A stretch of DNA of 64,000 bases, from positions 10,230,001-10,294,000 of the forward strand of contig CM120642.1 of the NCBI GenBank assembly GCA_051362555.1, in the 5' to 3' direction. The notes below the pieces were generated by a model. It had not been told where the DNA came from, did not search any database, and saw only the letters and a program-made list of their open reading frames with translations. Each line of letters opens with the position of its first letter. Positions within the stretch are counted from its first letter, which is position 1. The DNA is from Lingula anatina. Taxonomy: Eukaryota; Animalia; Brachiopoda. Both the position numbers and the translations under genes were made by a program. Shown piece by piece: positions 1 through 11,558 of this stretch.

Positions 1-16
1 ATTAGGCTTTCCTAAT

Positions 17-333
17 TTCGAGCCTCGGGTTCGTGATCGCAAATGACGAATTATTGGCTCAAACTGCGATATCATGCCACGAACGTAAATTTAGTGGGCG
101 CGAGCACCGCGATACAAATCGCGAATCTTTTGGGTACCTGTTCGGTACGTTCCGCATGTACGGATTGGGGGTTGAGAAAAAGAACCCTATGTAAATAGCT
201 AGAGACCCGGATGAATGCTGGCTTTTATGTACATGGGGTACATGTGATGCCAGCGACCACTTATTATACATTCACGCCATGACATCGCGATTTAAGTATT
301 TAATTCGTTCGCGATAACAAATCCCAGGTTCGA
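17..333. repeat. Degenerate foldback (old MITE-like inverted repeat)
   Basis: tcgagcctcgggttcgtgatcgcaaatgacgaatta (~18-53) is an imperfect reverse complement of taattcgttcgcgataacaaatcccaggttcga (301-333). aaactgcgatatcatg (61-76) pairs with catgacatcgcgattt (~278-293). Confidence 0.4.
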
Positions 334-384
334 GAGCGCAAACGGCATTTACCGTTTATGAGGCGTGTGCTAGTGGAAAAATAT

Positions 385-705
385 CAGGCCTACCCAACTA
401 CCAGACTCGACACCGAATGATCTTGAATTCACCGGTAGTTGGGACCACACTACCCGTTTCAAGGTATGCGTCAGTACGAGCTTCGAAGTATCCGACGCGA
501 CACCGCTCCTGCCTAACCGATGCGATAGCGATGATTCTGAGCGGGGTTGGAAAGTAGTGCATCTCATCTCATTTCAAAATTTGTTCCGGGGTATATGATA
601 CTGTGAAATTCGTACTGACGCACAACTTCAAAACGGGTAGTGTGGTCCGATCTACCGGTGAATTCGGGATCATTCGGTGCCGAGTCTGGTAGTTGGGTAG
701 GCCTG
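385..705. mobile_element. MITE with ~105-bp terminal inverted repeats (CAGGCCTACCCAACTACCAGACTCG...) and 5-bp AATAT target duplication
   Basis: 385-~492 is a near-perfect reverse complement of ~597-705. aatat immediately flanks both ends. Confidence 0.85.
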
Positions 706-1148
706 AATATGTATAAAACATTTTAAACTACAGGTACATTTTCCTGTGCGTGGTACGGCCAGCGTGCTAATAGGTTGCCGTTATAAGTCAAATTTGACAA
801 TTCAATGAAATGATGAAATAGAATGACAACTTTCTACATTACTCACTTTAATTTACCATACTTGGAGGCTCACTAGGGGAACATATACAAATGATAACAT
901 ATAACAAAATGGAAAAAAATCCCTACATTAGATACAATAACAGACTCCCCTTAAAAATTCTTCTAGAATTTTCTGTAAAGGTAACCCAACTACCAATGGA
1001 TTCATGTACCAGAATAAAGACAACACTGCAAATATGAAGAATATGAACTCTTCAGATGATATATTCGAAGTGTTATTTTCGTTTATATTTCAGGTTTCAA
1101 CTATATTTTAATGTGGCGCAAATGAGTTAAAGAATTATGCATGCTTAC

Positions 1149-1787
1149 GCGAGTCCAAGTTTCCTGGCAGCGTGCCTCTCTGTGATAATCAATTAAAGCA
1201 GAAAGGCCATGTGGTTCAAACCCCTTCCTCTCTAGTTCGTCTGGAGGTTGAAAGGTCAAGTATTAGGTGCACAAAAAATGATGTGCAAAATAATCGTCCT
1301 AATAAATCGATAAGTTAATAGAATTTTATCTAACTATACCAAACACTGAGAATAAAATCGGAGTCCAAGTGACTCCAAACTTGGAGTCCAACAGTGGTGC
1401 CTAAAATAACTCACAATTGGAGTCAAGTTGACACCAATGGAGTAATGCCATTCCAGACCCCACAGGAGGGTCACAATTGACTCCATTCACACATCCGTTC
1501 ATCCCTTGATATATCTCTACAAAAGAGACATGGCGTATGACGCCATACTAAGGAATTTTTTACTCCTTGGGACATCACGATCAAAAAACATCAACAATAG
1601 TACCAAGTGGAGAGACAGCAAGTATCATTGATCCCAGACTGTTGTGTCCCCGGACGGGTTCGAACCCACGTTATCCTGTCCCACAAGCGGACACTCTAAC
1701 CACTCGACCATGCGGTCACATGTTGTGTGAAAGGAGCAATAACAAACAGTTTGTAAATCTGGTAATAAACAGTATGACACACACACA

Positions 1788-1851
<64 letters not shown>

Positions 1852-3911
1852 AAATATACCAATGAGTGAGCATACCTCTCCACTGACATGACACTGACAA
1901 CCTGGAAACAAAACCTGCTGACCTGTATACCAACTTAAACCACGGCTAGCGCGTAGAACAAAAGACTCGGCCGTGCTGTATTCGACATACAAGCACGTCA
2001 TGTACGAGTGCGTTCCACACTCTGTTGCCGGTCTGTTGCACTACTAGTGTAGTAGCCAATCAGAGGCCGTGGTTTAAGCCAGATACAACACTCGTCGCCG
2101 AGCTGCTATCACATACCACATAAGGGTGTGGCAACTGAAAGCCCGGGCCAGTAATAAGTGCACGAGATCTGCATGCAGAAACACACTGAAAACCACTTTT
2201 CCATGCATAAAACCAACTATGGTCAATAAAGTAATGTTTATAGTGACAAAGCAAGATGAAAACTGTTCTCTCCACGCCGTCTGCTCACTGCCATCACAAG
2301 TAATGAAACGAAGCTTACTGTCCAGCGAGCGAAACAAGTCGGTGAAAGGGGTCAGCCACACACTGGCCCCCGATAATATGACTCTGATTTTAGAGTCAGA
2401 TTGACTCCATGAGAGCCAGGGGGTGATTGACTTTGATAAGAGAGTCTAAAGCTCTGGTAGTGGGGTAATTTGACCCTTATATAGGAGTCAAATTAACTCC
2501 ATGAGGGTCAAGGGTGCTGGACTCTGACTAGAGAGTCAAATGACTCCAATTTTATTCTCAGTGAACTTTGTGATTGTGAATGGGGTCGCTAAGTCAGTTA
2601 CTTTAAGATCAAAACAGTTGGAAAGCGTATTTAAAATAATAATAATGGATCATAAACAAAAAGCAGGTAAGAATATTATGACACAATTTCACTCTCTTTT
2701 TGGTAATGGCCTCAATAAAAATAACAAACGTATGATGAAGATGGCTTACCATTTTCATTACACTTTTGAATGCTTGGGATAGTTATCCGTGGCAGGCGAC
2801 AAAGCCAACAGTAAATATTTCGACCATAAGAGTATCCATGGGGTCCTGCAAAATAAGTCACGGACACGGGTCCGTAATTACAAAGACGCGAGGACTCAGC
2901 GTCGGCTCTGTTTGGACATATCCCGTCAACCGTCCCACTCAGTGGTTCGTGCACCCCTCCAGGGCCTATGCAAGGGCGCCCTGGGTACTGTTCCGGAGCA
3001 TCAAAGAGCACCATGCAATCTGGTGTCAAATGAATCTGCTCCAAAAGTCCGGCAACGGTCTTAACGTCTTTGAAAACTTCTATTTTTGACTTCTGACAAA
3101 CAATCTTGGGTTTCCATGCTTTGTGTGACATCGCTTTGTGACATTCTGCACAGAAAGCGTTTTTAAATGTGACATTTGCCTTTGTTGATGAGACGGGCAA
3201 TAAAACATTAATGTCAGTGGACCAACCATTGAACTCGCATTTCTTTCGAACATCTTCATCACTCCAGTGACTTGGACATGAAGACACGACCCAATAGAAT
3301 TTACTGTCATCGTCAGCGATTTCTCTGGATGCCTGTAACCAACACTTTGTATCATTTCTCTGTATTTCAAAGCCCGTGATTCTGGTTTCGTTGCAAAAGC
3401 GGTCGTATGGCCAACAGCAATCACCAAACACGTTACACAAGTCGTCGCAGAAACAAGTTACTAGGACGACATCATTGGTCAAGCTGTCTTTACGGCTAGC
3501 ACAAAACGGGGTGTTAACTGTTACGTTCAACAGCATCAGTTCTCTCTGTGAATACAGCATTGAAAAAGTTGAACCAACCTGGTCTAGCTTCGGTGTTGGG
3601 TTAAATGAATGTTCTTGAGATTCGTGACCAGTGCTCATTTGGTCTGTGATAATGAGGTTGTCACTTTCAGTGACCACTGGAGGGCCGGTTTGGTCTCTGG
3701 TGCTTTCGTGCCTAGGCCGAGTCGTTCTCAACTGGTTGTCGCGACTGCTGACGGTTTCAGGAGAAAACAAAGTTGTAGACGTGACAGTGGCGGAGTTACT
3801 TGTTGACCTAGGGTTTCTTTGCTTTGGCAAATTAGCTGCATGACCATCATTAAAACTTTTTGAACTGACCAAAATATACAAAACCATCGCCAAAAGCATT
3901 ACGACCTTCAT
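1149..3911 (-). CDS. Somatomedin-B-domain, Cys-rich ectodomain protein of the invertebrate Methuselah-like/adhesion GPCR type; partial (exons 3911-2750 and 1240-1149; remainder probably left of the window)
   Basis: Signal peptide MKVVMLLAMVLYILVSS, S/T-rich stalk, SMB motif CFCDDLCNVFGDCCWPYDRFC, then YWVVSSCP...PVSS...TFKNAFCAECH and RNIYCWLC repeats typical of this family. Phase-1 donor G|gtaagc at 2750/2749 joins in frame to a 92-nt exon after cctccag (DELERKGFEPHGLSALIDYHREARCQETWTR|gtaagc). LSALIDY resembles the family's SFSxLLDF-like motif. No 7TM seen in the window. Confidence 0.75.
1600..1717 (-). mobile_element. tRNA-derived SINE head / tRNA pseudogene nested in the CACTA element
   Basis: Minus strand reads GACCGCATGGTCGAGTGGTTAGAGTG...GTGGGTTCGAACCCGTCCGGGGAC, with Pol III A-box (TGGTCGAGTGG) and B-box (GGTTCGAACCC). 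The acceptor stem does not pair properly, so it is not a functional tRNA. The 3' boundary is approximate. Confidence 0.7.
1778..1848. repeat. Compound (CA)n(TA)n microsatellite
   Basis: Directly visible. Confidence 0.95.
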
Positions 3912-4308
3912 GTTTGATTACCCTCTTTTTTCTAATGCTCTGCTATGGTATTTTGCTTATATACATGCTGACGCTTACGTGTCTTTGGAAGATGGCTGGT
4001 ATCGTCGTTTTAGAGGTTTAGAGGTTCAGAATTGCCGTGTCACAAAGATGAATGATTTGAACCAATCAGCAAGAGCAATACAAATGGTTTAAGCCAATCA
4101 GAAACATACCTGTAACACAGTATTACACCGCACACTCATATAATTGTTAAGACATCTTTTGGATGTCTGCAATCTTCTAGTATCAAAACTCAAATATTTT
4201 GCGCTTTTATAAGTTTTTTTCGAAAGACAGGATGTTAAATCCATATGACAAATAACAGGGAAAGTAAAAGATTTGGAAACGTGGCATCACTAGAATAGCG
4301 AATTTTAA

Positions 4309-5013
4309 GGATATTGTCACCCTTCGCCCAAAACTCCTTATTTTCTGCCTTACATACATTCTTTTGGGTAATAAATCAACCTTCAGTGTTCAGTGACTAC
4401 ATTAATTAACATTTATACATATGTCATCTTACGGGTGACGCCATAATTGCAATTTTGGGGTAAGAACTGAAAAATTGGTTTCTCAAATTTCTCTTTTACC
4501 TGATCACCCACGATCACTGTTTTAACGCTGATTTAATGTCACCATTTAGTACCTCAAAACCCTGATAGCGATTTTTCTTAAAAGTCTTAGTTCATATTTT
4601 ATCGTCGAAAAAGCAAAATAATGCCTTCGTTTAATGAAAGTCTGTAATTAGGGGCTCATTACTCCATAACTAAAAACATTTAAACCAAAATTATTTCACG
4701 GGATTGTCGTCTATATTCTTCTGGTCACCTCTGCTAATTCTCGTGATAAAATCCTGTTCAGGGATTGAAGTTACTCCCCATACTGATTTCCATTTTAACC
4801 TAAAATAGAAAAGTGTTAAACTGACGATTAAAGCTTTGAGTTGCCTAAGCTTATATATTGCAACGAAAAAATATAAACGCCGATATTTTTTGTTTTTCGA
4901 GGGACTTTTTATTGCTTTAAATCAGCACAAAGATAGATGCATTATTGAATAATTAGAGGCAGAGAATAGATTCATTTTCGATATCTGGATGATAATAAAG
5001 GGCTACAATAACC
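4309..5013. mobile_element. Kolobok-like non-autonomous element flanked by TTAA
   Basis: Left ttaa|ggatattgtcaccc. Right gggctacaataacc|ttaa (reverse complement ttaaggttattgtagccc). Short imperfect TIR, no ORF. Confidence 0.55.
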
Positions 5014-5535
5014 TTAAAACAGCTATTGTTCGATTTCGTGTAGCAAATAAACAATTTGATCGTAGCGGTGTTCTGACAAGTGCTTTGCTTTGTTTAAATG
5101 AAGTTCCTGGGCGTTGGCTACGGTACTCCTTCATTTCAACATGATGATTGTTCTGGATATAACCTTACTACAATCCAGAGCATCTTATCTGACATTTTAG
5201 CTTTTGTCACAAACCAAATACGGACAGCTGAGCCCTGGGTAAAATGACCTTCTCTTTCAGAGTCTTTGTTGGTTGCTTTCGTGAAAAAAAGAATGAAACA
5301 TTTTTTTCAGAGCTGACATGGGGCCTAACCTATCCTAACCCCAACCCTAACCCTAGATATAACCTTACTACAACCCGAAGCATCTTATCTGACATTTTCC
5401 CTTTTCTCACAAATCAAAGATGGACAGCTGAGCCCTGGGTTAAATGACTCTTTCTTTCCGAGGCTCTGCTGGTTGTTTTCGTAAAAAAAAACATGAAGCG
5501 TTGCGTTCATTTCAGCGCCAACAAGGGAAAACTTA

Positions 5536-5714
5536 CAGGCCCGTAGCCAGGGAGGGGGGGATTCGGGGGGTTCGAAAAAACCGCCCCTTTTGCTGGGAAA
5601 AGGTCCACTAACCTAGGTTGACCTAGGTATATGTACATGAAGTTTTTATGGGAAAAGGTCCACTTTTTCAGAAAAAAAAGAACCCCCCTTTTGAAATTGC
5701 TGGCTACGTGCCTG
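5536..5714. mobile_element. MITE with CAGGC(C/A)CGTAGCCAG TIRs and 5-bp ACTTA target duplication
   Basis: caggcccgtagccag at 5536 and ctggctacgtgcctg ending at 5714. actta flanks both sides. G-rich/C-rich subterminal tracts and a repeated gggaaaaggtccact inside. Confidence 0.85.
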
Positions 5715-6079
5715 ACTTATTTATTTTCAAATTTTCAAAATTACCAACTCTGATCGTCGGCGGCGTTTAATTGCTGTTTACTGTTCACTTTCATAAAATT
5801 TTCACGGCTTCACTATGTCCCTGTCATTCTACAAAACCACGGAATCTTGATGACTGGACACGCAACTGCATTGGCGCGGTCAATTACGTATGATATTTAT
5901 AGTATCATACTTGATAGTGCCGTATATACTATATATTGCAATCATACTTAACCAACAAAACATGTTATCCTAACATGTTACATATCAGTGGTTTTTGTAC
6001 ATGCGTCGAATGATGTCCCATTATTGGATCAGATCCACTGAGTTTCCTAACACACTGGTATCAATCAGATTGTTATACA

Positions 6080-6080
<1 letters not shown>

Positions 6081-6130
<50 letters not shown>
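6081..6130. repeat. (TA)n microsatellite
   Basis: Directly visible. Confidence 0.95.
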
Positions 6131-6134
<4 letters not shown>

Positions 6135-7275
6135 GGGATATTTCAACATTAACAATGGTGAAAAATATTCAAATTTATTATATCACAAAGGTAATATATC
6201 CTTTTCTTAAGGTTTGAAGATTTCTTACAACTGTAAAATGAGCAAAATGTCTAGGAAATAACATGAACCATCTTTAATGTTATATTTAATATTCTAAGTT
6301 CAAAATGAGAAACAAAAAGAAAGCATACGTCAACAGTCATAAGAGAATCGACAATTCTAATTCAAATCTCAACCGATTAGGTGAATTCTTTCTGCCAAAG
6401 AATGGATCCAACAGTTGTTTAATAATGTTTCACATGTACAGTACGCTCCATGTTTTGCCTCCCTTAACGCAGCGGATGGAGCTGTAACTTTGTCCACATC
6501 TTTTTTTGTATTGCCTCATTTCTTCAACTCCCATGAGTTCATGCTTTAATGTCCGCAGCGTTCCAAAGGCTTCATTAAAAAGTCAACGGCCCATCCTACA
6601 TGTACAGGTACATGTAACACTACATGTCGCTAATGCGAGCATTTTACAAGGTCCATTCAGTTGTCTCGAATATAACCTAATCGTCGAGAAGATTTCGTTA
6701 TCTAATAAACAGGATTTTTTTCTGTATCACGAATTTTTTCTCTACTTGCCTCTGTACTTGGATTCGATGTTTTATTCCATTTTTAATTCAATGGTTTAGT
6801 TCCAAATGACTGTCCAGTTTTTAAGGTCTAAATTATAAAGGGTTAGTAGCTTTGCAGGATGGATAGTATATGTAGAAAATAAAAGTTCATGCAATTTTCA
6901 AACCTGTTCGGTGTACCTTTAAGTTCACTTGTTCGCACAGGTAGTGTTAAGAACTTACGTTCGGGGGAGTGTGCACCGTTGTAATCCTATATGCCATTTA
7001 GGCCAACAGGATGCAAACTAAAAAGGTGTCATATGATTGTAGTCGTGGTTTGTTTTAACTTGTTTACTTCAAATTTTCTGGAAACAAATTAGCCATGCAT
7101 TATCAAGAAAATACCGATAACAATGACAAAATTCACACTAGCTATTTCGACGCAAACTGCGGTTTAAACGCGGATATCTTTTTCAGTGTGAACGAGCTGA
7201 TACTTTATTGGACCGCAGTTTGCGTGCTAGTGTGAATAGGGTTAATGTCACCTTCAAATACCCTTGTCTGTGTAG

Positions 7276-7282
7276 TATAAAT
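7276..7282 (+). promoter_or_regulatory. TATA box of C1qDC copy 1
   Basis: TATAAAT 43 bp upstream of ATG 7319. A homologous TATAAA lies at 18649 in copy 3; the site is mutated in copy 2. Confidence 0.55.
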
Positions 7283-7318
7283 CACTTCGTTCGAAGTACA
7301 CATTTGTTTACAACCGCA

Positions 7319-7440
7319 ATGCAACTTTTAGCAATCACCTTCGTCTTGGCAGGTTTTATCTGCCTTATGGTAGATGCAGAAGAATGTCAGTGTCCCACGC
7401 CAACCTGTCACATCACCTATCAAGGTAGGACAACCTCTCT

Positions 7441-7484
<44 letters not shown>

Positions 7485-8172
7485 CTCTCTCACGCACACA
7501 CACACACATTTGTGCGCGCAGCGGGTATACCGGGTACGTACTCTAAAATAGGGGCCAGCCGAAGAATGAAGGTAATTCTATACATAAATTCTCTCTCACA
7601 GTACAAAAAAGGTTGATAGAATTAACAAGAGACCAATTTGTGAATATAGTGAAAAAAATTGTAGGGGAATGTTGAGTATGTAGTTTTGCGGATTTTCAGT
7701 ACCAGGCTAGAAGTACTCTTCAATACTACTAGGTGTAAGCCACTGGTATGCAGGTGTAAGTGTGCTATTTTCAGGGAAATCTAAAACCAAAGTAGCATTC
7801 TCCGCCATGTGTACTACAAATCTGATAAACGGCAACGCCGCTGCTGATCTTACATTTCAAAAGACCCTGACAAATCTTGGACGAGGCTTCGATGACGTCT
7901 CCTCATTCCATGCACCGGTCGACGGAACCTACTTCTTCACTTTCGCTATTCACACCGGTGACAGAAATGCAAGAGTGTACCTCCGCACCAACGCCGGCTA
8001 CGTGAATGAAGCCTTTGGGTCCGCGGGCTATCATACCTCGACCAACCAGGCCATACTTCGTCTGCAGAAGGGAGACAGGGTGTGGCTCCAACAGCAACCG
8101 AATGGATCTACGGTTAGCGCTGCAGAGCACATTCATGTCTCCTTTAATGGGTTCCTTTTGTATGAAGATTAA
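7319..8172 (+). CDS. Secreted globular C1q-domain-containing protein, copy 1 (exons 7319-7424, 7775-8172; 167 aa)
   Basis: Signal peptide MQLLAITFVLAGFICLMVDA, hinge ECQCPTPTC, phase-1 GT-AG intron. gC1q motifs VAFSA, F..TLTNLGRGF, FHAPVDGTYFFTF, LRLQKGDRVWL, SFNGFLLY. No collagen repeat. Confidence 0.92.
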
Positions 8173-9339
8173 CAAGCACATAAACAAGCAGAAGATGGCG
8201 TGCTCATTTGCAAGTGCACACCCATCAACAAACACACACATACTTGTCTATGTGTACCAACCGAGGACATCAGCACAACACCATACAACCGAGGACATCT
8301 TATTCCTTGGTTAAATCAAAATAAAAACATTCAATTTAGGGTAAAATCTATTCGAGTATGAATGTTATAAATTAATTTTTTATAAAAACTAATTTTTTGC
8401 TGACAAGAATTTTACATTCTAACCGAGGACACACACGGACACACACACGGACAGACACTACACATTACAACCGAGGACATGCATGCATCTACATGTAATA
8501 ATGATTGTACTTTTAATACAAAGCAAATTTTATATAGCGTTACTTTGCAGCAATTCACATTTTTATGAAATTCTTTCATATTTAAGGTAAATTCCAAAAT
8601 AACACCAGAGGTGATGATTAAATGAACAGTTATACAATATTTAATGCTGGGCTTTGCCACTTTTTTAGAATTGAAGATTATGAGATAAAACATCAATTAA
8701 TTTAGGAAAAGAAAGGATACTGATGAAATAAAATAAAAGACCAAAGAAATTCGTTTTCAAACATTTTATTTTCATAATGCTTATTTTCTATTTAGCACTC
8801 TTTTATTATCATGAATTTTATATTTTGATAACACAAAGTGTCGTCCATTGGATACAGACTTGCACAGTACACAATTTTACAATTGAGGACATCATGCCAG
8901 CAGCACCCAAAATTGTGCTTTCTTCCAATTTGATGCAATATTATATAATGCTTAACAGCATAATGATTATCAATTTTTTATAATAAAATATTAGTATCAT
9001 GAATATTCAGAAAATGTGACTAGCAAAGGTTTTCAGGTTCACGGAACTCCAAAGTCATACTTTGAAAATGCTAAATGTATACAAGAGAGCACTGTACTGA
9101 AATGGGTTTCTTTCCATTTTTAACTTTTTTACATAAAATAATACAGTTTACTGCCATTTCACATGATCAACTAAGAAAATTGTTGAGATGGCAAAAATAT
9201 CAATATAACAAGTTTAAATGTCCAATTTCCTCCATTCCGAACATTGTGAATGATTGAATCTGACAAACTACAATGATACGAGTTCATTTCCATTTTGGCA
9301 CTTTTTTAACACAATACAAGATAACAGGTTTACCACCAT

Positions 9340-11300
9340 TTTTTATATAATCAACTAGCAATATTGTCAAGACGCAGAAATTGTCAAACAACCCATTTTA
9401 CATATCTAGAAAATTCAATAATGAGACTGTTTACATGCCTGACAATCAAATCTGAGGAAAACCACTTATATACAAATAAAAGCTGAAGTCCCTCAAAACT
9501 CAACCAATCAATCTTATTTTTAAATTTGATTTGTATATAGATAACATTGATCACTCTTGTGAGTTTAATGACAACAGGCCTATCGGTTCTCCCTGAAATG
9601 TGCTTACAGTGTTTCTTATATGCTGAAAAAAAAAACAGCATAAAATTTGAAAGAAAAGGGCCTGGTCATGCTGATTTTCAATCTTGACCATTCTTTTACT
9701 CATAATAATCAGTTCTGTGAGTTTCATGAAAACAGGCTTTAAGTTATTGGTTCTTCTTGAAATGTGCTTACAGTGTTACTTATATGCTTAAAAAAAACAG
9801 CATAACATTTGAAAGAAAAGGGCCTGTTCATGCTGATTTTCAATCTTGACCATTCTGTTACTAATAATCATCAGTTCTGTGAGTTTCATGAAAACAGGCT
9901 TATTGGTTCTCCTTGAAATGTGCTTACAGTGTTACATATATGCTGAAAAAAAAACCAGCATAACATTTGAAAGAAAAGGGCCTGGTCATGCTGATTTTCA
10001 ATCTTGATCATTCTTTTTAATTTACTAATAATCATCAGTTCTCTGAGTTTCATGAAAACATGCCTATTGGTTCTCCTTGAAGTGTGTTTACAGTGTTGCA
10101 TGAACACTGAAAAAAGGAGAAAAAAATGCAAAACTTTTGAAAATAATCATCCCATTTCGTCCATTTTGAGACACTGTATTACACAGTACATGATAACATG
10201 TTTACCGTCATATTTATATAATCAACTAGCAATGTTGTAAAGATGCAGAAAATTTCAGACAAACACTAACATATTTACATATCTAGTTAGTTCAATAACG
10301 AAACTGTCAACATGCCTGACAATCAAATCTGAGGAAAACCATTTATATACAAATAAAAGCTGAAGTCCCTCAAAACTCAACCAATCAATCTTATTTTTAA
10401 ACTTGATTTGTATATAGATAACATTGATTACTCCTGTGAGTTTCTTGAAAACAGGCTTATTGGTTCTCCCTGAAATGTGCTTACAGTGTTACTTATATGC
10501 TTAAAAAAAAAAAAAAAAACAGCATAACATTTGAAAGAAAAGGGCCTGGTCATGCTGATTTTCAATCTTGACCATTCTTTTACTTATAATCATCAGTTCT
10601 GTGAGTTTTATGAAAAGAGGCCTATCGGTTCTCCTTGAAATGTGTTTACAGTGTTGCATGTACAATGAAAAAAAGGAGAAAAAATGCAAAACTTTTGAAA
10701 ATAATCACCCCATTGCCTCCATTTTGAGACACTGTATTACACAGTACATGATAACATGTTTACCGTCATATTTATATAATCAACTAGCAATGTTGTAAAG
10801 ATGCAGAAAATTTCAGACAAACACTAACAAATTTACATATCTAGTTAGTTCAATAACAAAACTGTCAACATGCCTGACAATCAAATCTGAGGAAAACCAC
10901 TTATATATATCAAAACAAGGCACAACTTTCACAAAACTCAACCAATCAATCCTATTTTCAAACTTGATTTGTATATTGGTAACATTGATCACTCCTGTGA
11001 GTTTAATGACAACAGGCCTATCGGTTCTCCCTGAAATGTGCTTACAGTGTTACTTATATGCTGAAAATGGCAGAAAAAAAACAGCATAACTTTTGACAAA
11101 AAATGGCCCGGATATGCCGATTTTTGATCTTGACAACCCTTTTACTAATAATCATCAGTTCTGTGAGTTTCATGACAATAGACCTATTGCTTCTCCTTGA
11201 ACTGTGTTTACAGTGTTGCATGTATGCTGAAAAAAGCAAAAACAACAGCAAATTTTCTGAAAAAAAAAAGCAGCCCATTATGAAGATTTTCAAACTTTCA
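9340..11300. repeat. Complex higher-order tandem repeat (~160-bp subunits within ~558-bp units) inside the insertion
   Basis: gaaatgtgcttacagtg-like marker at ~9595, 9759, 9915, 10079, 10472, 10637, 11032, 11199. aatcaaatctgaggaaaacc at ~9443, 10321, 10879. Confidence 0.9.
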
Positions 11301-11558
11301 TAATGTCATAGCCTTCTTCAAACTGTCAGGGGTAGATTAATTCATAGTTAGCTAAGGGGCCCTTTACACTGGACGGCGTCCTTTCTGTGTCCTGTAGTAC
11401 GGATCCATTTGAGAGTACAAAATTATAATACTTAACTTTCTGACAACTGGCCAATCACCAAATATTCATTTTATTCAACCAAAGCAATGCTTGTACCTCC
11501 TTTCTACGACCACAATGATGCAAGTTTCTTGGTCGCACAAAGGACGCCGCCCCACTGG

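Larger units (their letters stand above)
1344..2563. mobile_element. Non-autonomous CACTA/EnSpm-type DNA transposon in the intron of the SMB gene
   Basis: TIRs CACTGAGAATAAAAT(C/T)GGAGTC at 1344 and 2563 (reverse), AA on both flanks (2-bp TSD), many subterminal GGAGTC/GACTCC repeats at 1360-1490 and 2380-2550. Confidence 0.75.

Noticed and set aside
1645-1717. Functional tRNA-His(GTG)-like gene
   Set aside because: A and B boxes are present but the acceptor and anticodon stems do not pair properly. It lies within a transposon and is better read as a SINE head or pseudogene.
1567-2001. Overlapping ~100-aa ORFs with HT/YI/CV repeats
   Set aside because: Artefacts of the (CA)n(TA)n microsatellite.
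5324-5356. Telomere-like cctaac repeats
   Set aside because: Only a few degenerate units. Such motifs are common in invertebrate repeat interiors, so this is not an interstitial telomere.
9384-11303. Family of similar 60-85-aa ORFs
   Set aside because: Translations of the tandem satellite, with inconsistent frames and no protein motif.
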